A program made the position numbers and the translations under genes. From Deltaproteobacteria bacterium (lineage in GTDB: Bacteria; Myxococcota; Kuafuiibacteriia; Kuafuiibacteriales; Kuafuiibacteriaceae): a stretch of DNA of 64,000 nucleotides. Below, in pieces: positions 56,860 to 64,000 of this stretch. Within the stretch, counting starts at the first letter, position 1, and every line of letters starts with the position of its first letter. The notes beneath the pieces were generated by a model, which was not told the DNA's origin, searched no databases, and saw nothing but the letters and a program-made list of their open reading frames with translations. Where the stretch lies: assembly GCA_040218735.1 (NCBI GenBank), contig JAVJQW010000041.1, positions 96,001-160,000 on the forward strand. The letters are read 5' to 3'.

Positions 56860-59226
56860 ATGACTCCAGTACGAAGGGCGGCCGCACGGGCGCCCCGGAT
56901 CCTCGCGGTCGCCATGGTGCCGGTGATGCTGGGCCTGGCCGCGTGCTCGGGTGAGGAAGGCCTCGTCGTCATCCGCCCCGAGATTCAGACGAACCCGGAA
57001 CCCGGGTCGATCATTCGCTTCGACGAGGTGGTCGTTGGTGGGCCGGAGGGCGAGCCGCGGATCATCGAGGTGACGAACGTCGGTGAAGGTCCGCTCGTCA
57101 TCGAGAGCGCGACGATCGAGGGCGCGAACGCGGAGCTGTTCCGGGTGTCGAGCACGCCCGGACCCCTCGCTCCGAATCAGACGGGAGAGATCTTCATTCG
57201 ATTCAGCCAAGCCGATCCCGGCGAGTTCGAAGCGCGCCTGACGGTGCGGTCGAACGATCCGAACAACGCGAGCCTCGACTTCACGCTCGTGGGACCGGCG
57301 CGTGAGTCGTGTGCGATCGCGGTGTCGCCCGGCTCGCAGAAGTTCCTCCTCGGCGAGGTCCGCGACATCACCATCACGGCGGTGACGACCTACGAGTGTG
57401 AGATCGTCCGCTTGTTCACCGACGAGTCGTTGTTCGAGATCGTCGATGCGCCCGAGCTGCCGTTCGACATCGCGGCGGGCGGCTCGCAGACCATCCAGGT
57501 GCGGTACATCCGCGTCCCGCGCACGCAGGGCATCCCGGTGCGTGAGTTCCGCGTGAAGGAGAGCGAGGGGCAGGAGGTCCTGGTGACGCTCGAGGGCGAG
57601 CCGCCGGTGCAGGACTGTTTCTCGGTGTTCCCGGACCAGATCATCTTCCCGAACACGATCGTCGGGCTGCAGGAGACGCGCTTCGTCACGGTGCGGAACC
57701 GCTGTGGCCGCGAGGCGTCGATCACCGCCGTCACGATCGGTGATGGCTACTACTTCTACGACGTCGACGGTGACGCGTACCCGCAGGTCGTCCCGCCGCT
57801 CGGGACGACGCAGATCGCCGTCACGTACACGCCGTTCTCGCCAAGCGGTGACTCCGGCAACCTGTACATCTCGACGAACGACGCGCTGAACCCGCGCTTC
57901 ACGGTGCGGCTGTACGGTGAGGCGTCCATCCCGGGCATCGATGCGTTCCCCCAGACGGTCAACTTCGGGACGGTGGTCTACAAGAACCCGCAGGGGGCGG
58001 AGATGCGGAGTGAGTGTGCGTCGCGCTCGTTGTTCGTGCAGGTCTACAGCACGGGCGGTGCGCCGCTGACCGTCGACCAGCTCGAGATCGATTCGGACGG
58101 CGACCAGCTGTTCATCGTCACCGGTGTGACGATCGACGGGGTGCCGGTGGTCGACATCAACCAGCCGATGGTGGTGCCGCCCGAGAAGGAGATGCGCGTC
58201 TCGGTGCAGTTCTTCCCGGTGCGATCGATGCCGACGGATCACCAGGGCACGTTGATCATCCACCACAACGCCGACCAGACGGGGAGCGCGACCACGGAGA
58301 TCACCTTGGTCGGTACGGGTAAGGAGGACGGCCTCGTCACGGACACGTTCGAGCAGCTCGAAGGTCCGAAGGTCGACATCCTCTGGGTCATCGACGACAG
58401 CTGCTCGATGTACGACGAGCAGGCGCGGCTGATTCAGAACCTCTCGCAGTTCGTGAGCTACGCGGACACGCAGGCGGCCGACTATCAGATGGCGGTGACG
58501 GACACGGACGGGCAGTCGCGCAACGCAGGGAAGTTCGAGCGCTGCTTTCCGCACCCGGCGGTGATCGGGTCGGACTACCTGGACAGCGCGGCGCGTCAGG
58601 AGGCGTTCGAGTGCACGTTCGACGTCGGGACCTCGGGTGTCGGCATCGAGGCGGGGCTCGCGGCGGCGAAGAAGGCGCTGGAGAAGGCGCAGGACCCGCT
58701 GCTGTCGCCGAACGTGAACCGCGGGTTCCTTCGCGACGACGCCAACCTCGCCATCGTCGTGATGAGTGACGAGGACGACCAGTCGCTCGAGTCGAACGAT
58801 GTGCTGCGCGACTACTTCTGGTCGGTGAAGGGCTACCAGCGCGACCGTGTCTCGCTGCACGCGATCGCCGGGCCCGTGACGGAGGCCTGCCAGACGGGGC
58901 CGTTCAACGCGGTGCCGGGCGTGCGTTACTCGCGTATGGCGATGGACCTCGGCGGCATCTTCTTCAACATCTGCCTGCAGGACTGGCAGCCGGTGCTCAC
59001 GCAGCTCGGGCTCGACGTCTTCGTGCCGCTCGACGAGTGGACGTTGTCGCAGGCGGCCGACCCGAACAGCATGGTCGTGACGGTGGACGGCATCGCGGTG
59101 CCGTTCGACCCCAACGACGGTTACACCTACGACCCGGTCCTCAACACGATCAAGTTCCACGGCGCGGCGCTTCCGGTGCCTGGTGCGCAGATCGTCGCTT
59201 CGTACACCGGCCTCTGCCGTCCCTGA
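56860..59226 (+). CDS. Lipoprotein with choice-of-anchor-D Ig-like repeats and C-terminal vWA domain
   Basis: LAACS lipobox, Ig-like repeats, KVDILWVIDDSCSM MIDAS, FLRDDANLAIVVMSDEDDQS. Confidence 0.85.
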   Translation: MTPVRRAAARAPRILAVAMVPVMLGLAACSGEEGLVVIRPEIQTNPEPGSIIRFDEVVVGGPEGEPRIIEVTNVGEGPLVIESATIEGANAELFRVSSTPGPLAPNQTGEIFIRFSQADPGEFEARLTVRSNDPNNASLDFTLVGPARESCAIAVSPGSQKFLLGEVRDITITAVTTYECEIVRLFTDESLFEIVDAPELPFDIAAGGSQTIQVRYIRVPRTQGIPVREFRVKESEGQEVLVTLEGEPPVQDCFSVFPDQIIFPNTIVGLQETRFVTVRNRCGREASITAVTIGDGYYFYDVDGDAYPQVVPPLGTTQIAVTYTPFSPSGDSGNLYISTNDALNPRFTVRLYGEASIPGIDAFPQTVNFGTVVYKNPQGAEMRSECASRSLFVQVYSTGGAPLTVDQLEIDSDGDQLFIVTGVTIDGVPVVDINQPMVVPPEKEMRVSVQFFPVRSMPTDHQGTLIIHHNADQTGSATTEITLVGTGKEDGLVTDTFEQLEGPKVDILWVIDDSCSMYDEQARLIQNLSQFVSYADTQAADYQMAVTDTDGQSRNAGKFERCFPHPAVIGSDYLDSAARQEAFECTFDVGTSGVGIEAGLAAAKKALEKAQDPLLSPNVNRGFLRDDANLAIVVMSDEDDQSLESNDVLRDYFWSVKGYQRDRVSLHAIAGPVTEACQTGPFNAVPGVRYSRMAMDLGGIFFNICLQDWQPVLTQLGLDVFVPLDEWTLSQAADPNSMVVTVDGIAVPFDPNDGYTYDPVLNTIKFHGAALPVPGAQIVASYTGLCRP

Positions 59227-59241
59227 TATATCCTTCGGCCG

Positions 59242-60480
59242 ATGCCGAAGGCCCATGTCCTCGCGATCGGTGACGAGCTCCTCTCCGGGGAGACCGTCGA
59301 CACCAACTCGAGTTACCTCGACGGTTTGCTGGAGCGAATCGGGTGGACGGTCACGCGTCACCTGACGGTCGCCGACGATCTCGACGCGATCGCCGCGGCG
59401 TTCACCGAGGCGAGCAAGGACGCGGATCTGATCCTCTCCACGGGCGGCCTCGGTCCGACGCGCGACGATCTCACGCTGGAGGGGCTCGCGATGGCGCTCG
59501 GGTGTGGCCTGCGACGCGACGAAGGGGTCATCGAATCGATCCGCGCGCGCTTCGCTTCCTTCGGGCGCGAGATGACGCCGAACAACGAGCGCCAGGCGAT
59601 GGTGCCGGAGATCGGCGAGGTGCTCGAGAACGAGGTGGGGACGGCGCCGTCCTTCACGGCGGAGCTCAACGGGGCGCGTGTGTTCCTGATGCCGGGGGTG
59701 CCGCGTGAGGTGCGTTGGTTGATGGAGCACCGCGTGTTGCCGAGGATCCGGCCGGGCGATGTGTTTCGGCTGCGGCGCACGATCAAGGTGGTGGGCCTCG
59801 GGGAGAGTCGGTTGGAGCACTCGATCCGGGAGATCGTCCTCGCGCACCGGCGCGACGTGACGTTCGGTTTTCGAACGCTCGGTCTGGAGAACCACATCAA
59901 GCTCCTCGCGGAGGGTGACGACCGCGAGGAGAAGCTGGGGCTGGCGCAAGCTGCGTTGACAGAGCTCCTCGGCGATCGAATCTACGGCGTCGACGAGGAC
60001 ATGCACGCCGAGGTGACGATGCGTGCGCTCGTCGCCGCGGGGGCGACGGTGGCGTTCGCGGAGTCGTGCACGGGCGGGCTCGTGGCGAAGCTGCTGACGG
60101 ACGTGCCGGGATCGTCGGCGTGTTTCCTCGGCGGGGTGGTCGCCTACGCAAACGCGGCGAAGGTCGCGCTGCTCGGGGTGTCGGAGGCGACGATCGCGGA
60201 GCACGGTGCGGTGAGCGAGGCGGTCGCGGCCGAGATGGCGGCGGGGGCGCGGGAGCGCTTCACCTCGACGTGGGCGGTGTCGACGACGGGCATCGCGGGG
60301 CCGACGGGCGGGACCGAGTCCAAGCCGGTCGGGACGGTGTGTCTGGGGATCGCGGGGCCGGAAGGCGTCGAGGCGAAGACGCTGCGGTTCCCGGGCGAGC
60401 GCACGTGGGTGCGCACGGCGACCGCGACGGCGGCGTTGGATGTGTTGCGGACGCGGGTCGGCGGCGTGCTTTTGGCTTAG
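59242..60480 (+). CDS. cinA: CinA (MoCF-binding domain + NMN deamidase PncC)
   Basis: IGDELLSG..VDTN, TGGLGPT.DD, PGVP.E, AESCTGG, HGAVS, TGIAGP.GG...KPVGTV. Confidence 0.95.
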   Translation: MPKAHVLAIGDELLSGETVDTNSSYLDGLLERIGWTVTRHLTVADDLDAIAAAFTEASKDADLILSTGGLGPTRDDLTLEGLAMALGCGLRRDEGVIESIRARFASFGREMTPNNERQAMVPEIGEVLENEVGTAPSFTAELNGARVFLMPGVPREVRWLMEHRVLPRIRPGDVFRLRRTIKVVGLGESRLEHSIREIVLAHRRDVTFGFRTLGLENHIKLLAEGDDREEKLGLAQAALTELLGDRIYGVDEDMHAEVTMRALVAAGATVAFAESCTGGLVAKLLTDVPGSSACFLGGVVAYANAAKVALLGVSEATIAEHGAVSEAVAAEMAAGARERFTSTWAVSTTGIAGPTGGTESKPVGTVCLGIAGPEGVEAKTLRFPGERTWVRTATATAALDVLRTRVGGVLLA

Positions 60481-60548
60481 ACGTAGGAGCGTGTGTCGGA
60501 TAGCCGGACCTGGGCACTCCCCCCGGCGATCTGACACACGCTCCGAGA

Positions 60549-61049
60549 TTAGAGCTCGGGGATGCGGAGCGACTGGCCCGGGTAGATGAGATCCGGGCTC
60601 TTCAGCATCGGCTTGTTGGCTTCGAAGATGGCGTTGTACTTCATCTTGTCGCCGTAGTGCTTCTCGGCGATCTTGCTCAATGTGTCGCCCTTCTCCACGA
60701 CGTGGAAGACGGGGCGCACCTCGATCTGATCGTCGACGCGGCCGACGCCCTGCGAGTTGCCGATGGCGAGGATGACCTTCTCGCGCTCCGACTGTGAGCG
60801 GGTCGTGCCGCGGACGGTGGCGAGGTCGTGGTCGAACTGGATGTCGAGCTCTTCGATCTTCAACTCCAGCCCCTGGACGATGCCGACGAGCGCTTCGGCG
60901 ATGGCCTTGTCACGCGCTTCCTTGGCGATGCGGGCGGCCTCGGCGCCTGCGGCCTGGGCGGCGGCGGCCTCTTCGGCGGCCTTCTTCTCTGCTTCGTCGT
61001 CCCCAAAGAGCTTGGTGCCGACGTCCTTCACGAAATCGAAAATTCCCAT
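60549..61049 (-). CDS. BON + LysM protein (YgaU/Kbp-like)
   Basis: MGIFDFVKDVGTKLF, EKVILAIGN..GV..V.D, VEKGDTLSKIA..YG...Y..IFEANKPML..PD.IYPGQ.LRIP. Confidence 0.9.
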   Translation of the reverse strand: MGIFDFVKDVGTKLFGDDEAEKKAAEEAAAAQAAGAEAARIAKEARDKAIAEALVGIVQGLELKIEELDIQFDHDLATVRGTTRSQSEREKVILAIGNSQGVGRVDDQIEVRPVFHVVEKGDTLSKIAEKHYGDKMKYNAIFEANKPMLKSPDLIYPGQSLRIPEL

Positions 61050-61164
61050 GGTGCAGCACTGCTCCCAGGGATCGGGGTGCCGCGCAAGGGCGGCGCCGTC
61101 GTGAAACCCGGTGCACATCATGTGGGGGGCTTCGAGAAATCGACCCGCTACATGTCGATCCATC

Positions 61165-61193
61165 TTGACGGGTGTACTGAACGCCTGTAGCGT
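61165..61193 (+). promoter_or_regulatory. recA sigma70 promoter with candidate LexA half-site in the spacer
   Basis: TTGACG-17 nt-TAGCGT; the spacer contains CTGAAC (GTTCAG on the reverse strand), matching the conserved half of the Myxococcus LexA box as recalled. Confidence 0.6.
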
Positions 61194-61204
61194 CCGACGC
61201 CACG

Positions 61205-62311
<1,107 letters not shown>

Positions 62312-62317
62312 TCCCCG

Positions 62318-63067
62318 GTGACGCGGACCTTCCATCTCGGCCAGCAGGACGCGATCAGCTGGCTGAGGACGATCGGTTCGGGGACCGTGGACCTCGTGAT
62401 CACGGACCCGCCGTACGAGTCCCTCGAGAAACACCGCGCTCGGGGGACGACCACCCGCCTCAAGAACAGCAAGGCGTCGAGCAACGACTGGTTCTCGATC
62501 TTCCCGAACCAACGTTTCCCGGAGCTGTTCGCCGAGCTGTACCGCGTGCTCGCGAAGAACGCGCACCTGTATTTGTTCTGCGACCAGGAGACGATGTTCG
62601 CCGTGAAGGCGATGGGGGAGCTCGCCGGGTTCAAGTTCTGGAAGCCGCTGGTGTGGCGCAAGGACTCGATCGGGATGGGCTACCACTACCGGTCGCTCTA
62701 CGAGCTCGTGCTGTTCTTCGAGAAGGGGAAGCGCCGCCTCAACGATCTCGGGATCGCGGACGTGCTCGACGCGCCGCGGGTGCGCAGCGGCTACCCGGCG
62801 GAGAAGCCGGTGTCGCTGCTCGAGATCTTCGTGCGCCAGAGCAGCGAGCCGGGTGAGGTGGTGCTGGATCCGTTCATGGGATCCGGGACGAGTGGCCTCG
62901 CCGCGCTCGGGCAGGACCGGCACTTCTGGGGCACGGACCTGTGCAGCGAAGCGGTCGACATCACGCAGCAGCGCATGCTCCAGGCGCACGGCGTCCCGCA
63001 GGCCTTGGCGCCCGCCGAGGACGCGCCGACCACCGCCGGTGGCCAGCTCTCGATAGGGCTCTACTGA
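62318..63067 (+). CDS. Site-specific DNA methyltransferase (N4-C/N6-A, beta-class motif order)
   Basis: [10 protein letters not shown] (motif IV) precedes YPAEKP and [10 protein letters not shown] (motif I). Confidence 0.9.
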   Translation: MTRTFHLGQQDAISWLRTIGSGTVDLVITDPPYESLEKHRARGTTTRLKNSKASSNDWFSIFPNQRFPELFAELYRVLAKNAHLYLFCDQETMFAVKAMGELAGFKFWKPLVWRKDSIGMGYHYRSLYELVLFFEKGKRRLNDLGIADVLDAPRVRSGYPAEKPVSLLEIFVRQSSEPGEVVLDPFMGSGTSGLAALGQDRHFWGTDLCSEAVDITQQRMLQAHGVPQALAPAEDAPTTAGGQLSIGLY

Positions 63068-63127
63068 TCTCAGTGATCGTTTGGGACGGTTTCGCTTGAC
63101 GGGGACCCGTCCGCGCGCCATGAATTA

Positions 63128-63155
63128 GACCAGTGGTCGAACCGCCGGTTCGACC
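63128..63155. promoter_or_regulatory. Putative TetR operator (overlapping palindromes)
   Basis: GGTCGAACC-GCC-GGTTCGACC (63135-63155) and GACCA-G-TGGTC (63128-63138), downstream of TTGACG at 63096. Confidence 0.65.
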
Positions 63156-63171
63156 GAAGGCCTCCCGGACG

Positions 63172-63798
63172 ATGCCCCGACCCCGATTCAGCAAGCTCGA
63201 GCCTGATAAGCAGTCGAAGATATTAGCGATTGCGGCCTCGGAGTTCGCCGAGAACGGCTTCGAGGGGGCGTCGTACAACCGCATCATCGAGCGCGCCGGG
63301 CTGTCGAAGGGCGCGATGTACTACTACTTCGACGACAAGACGGACCTGTACGTCACGGTGCTGCAGAACGCGGTGGGCGACATGATGGCCGCGGTCTCGG
63401 AGGGCCTCGAGTCGGTCGGCGGCTACTGGGGGCAGTTCGAGCACATGTTCAAGCGGAGCGTCGCCTTCGCGCTCGAGCACCCGGAGTTCGGGGCGCTCGC
63501 GCGGGGATTCATGAACGCGCCGGAGCGCCTCCGCACCGAGGGGGCGCTGGAGTCGATCGTCGAGACCTACCGCCAGCAGATGACGGAGATGATCGAGGCC
63601 GGCCAGGCGCTCGGTGAGGTGCGGACGGATCTACCGATGCCGCTGCTGGTGTCGGTGACGTTCGCGATGGGCGAGGCGATCGACCGGTGGTGGCTCGACC
63701 ACATCGAAGAGTTCGAGGACGCCGACATCGACAAGTGGGCGCGTGAGCTCATCGGACTGTTCCGCCGCGTCGCGGAACCGAGAGGAGACGAACCATGA
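63172..63798 (+). CDS. TetR/AcrR family transcriptional regulator
   Basis: ILAIAASEFAENGFEGAS..II..AGLSKGAMYYYF.DK.DL. Confidence 0.93.
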   Translation: MPRPRFSKLEPDKQSKILAIAASEFAENGFEGASYNRIIERAGLSKGAMYYYFDDKTDLYVTVLQNAVGDMMAAVSEGLESVGGYWGQFEHMFKRSVAFALEHPEFGALARGFMNAPERLRTEGALESIVETYRQQMTEMIEAGQALGEVRTDLPMPLLVSVTFAMGEAIDRWWLDHIEEFEDADIDKWARELIGLFRRVAEPRGDEP

Positions 63799-64000
63799 AA
63801 CGGCTGCTGATGATCGCGCTGATCTGCGCGCTCCCCGCGTCCGCCTCCGCGGACGAGACCAAGAAGGATCGTGTGTCGCGTCTCATCGAACACGTCGACG
63901 ATCTGTGGCGTGGTCGATCCTCCGAGGGGGTGTTCGAGATGCGCGTGGTGACGAAGCACTACACGCGCACGATGCGGATGCAGTCGTACTCGCTCGGGAA
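63795..64000 (+). CDS. Outer-membrane lipoprotein-sorting (LolA-like) protein, 5' part only
   Basis: AGGAG SD, ATGA overlap with tetR, signal peptide, VDDLWRG.SS...M.V....TRTMRM pattern; runs off the window end. Confidence 0.65.
   Translation, partial: MKRLLMIALICALPASASADETKKDRVSRLIEHVDDLWRGRSSEGVFEMRVVTKHYTRTMRMQSYSLG

Noticed and set aside
56845-60537. 1230-aa minus-strand ORF
   Set aside because: Antisense shadow of the vWA lipoprotein and cinA genes; Arg/His-rich with no motifs, typical of high-GC DNA.

Overview
High-GC window (about 70% by eye, not computed) from a myxobacterium-like (Myxococcota) chromosome, judged from its gene families. It is mostly housekeeping and envelope genes: uvrD/pcrA, a TPR-Slt transglycosylase, rpmI-rplT, pabA/pabB, two GSTs, an M17 peptidase, a complete MoxR-DUF58-Bat operon, tRNA-Gln(TTG)-prs-rplY-pth-rpsF-rplI-dnaB, cinA, recA and a TetR gene, interspersed with many lipoproteins (RCC1, Ig-like/vWA, collagen-like). 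An accessory-looking stretch at about 12.8-19.5 kb holds the best candidates. One is a 105-aa peptide that matches the quinohemoprotein amine dehydrogenase gamma subunit/QhpC precursor (thioether and CTQ residues kept, three extra Cys) with no qhp partner genes in the window. The other is a PD-(D/E)XK-tipped polymorphic-toxin-like gene coupled to a putative immunity gene. Other oddities: no rpsR between rpsF and rplI, a collagen-like lipoprotein gene inside the prs-rplY operon, an orphan DNA methyltransferase 6 nt behind recA, an ECF sigma/anti-sigma/exported caspase-family module, a pseudokinase operon, and many apparently leaderless genes. No CRISPR array, rRNA, transposase or integrase was seen. 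All family calls come from motif recognition by eye, not from database searches.
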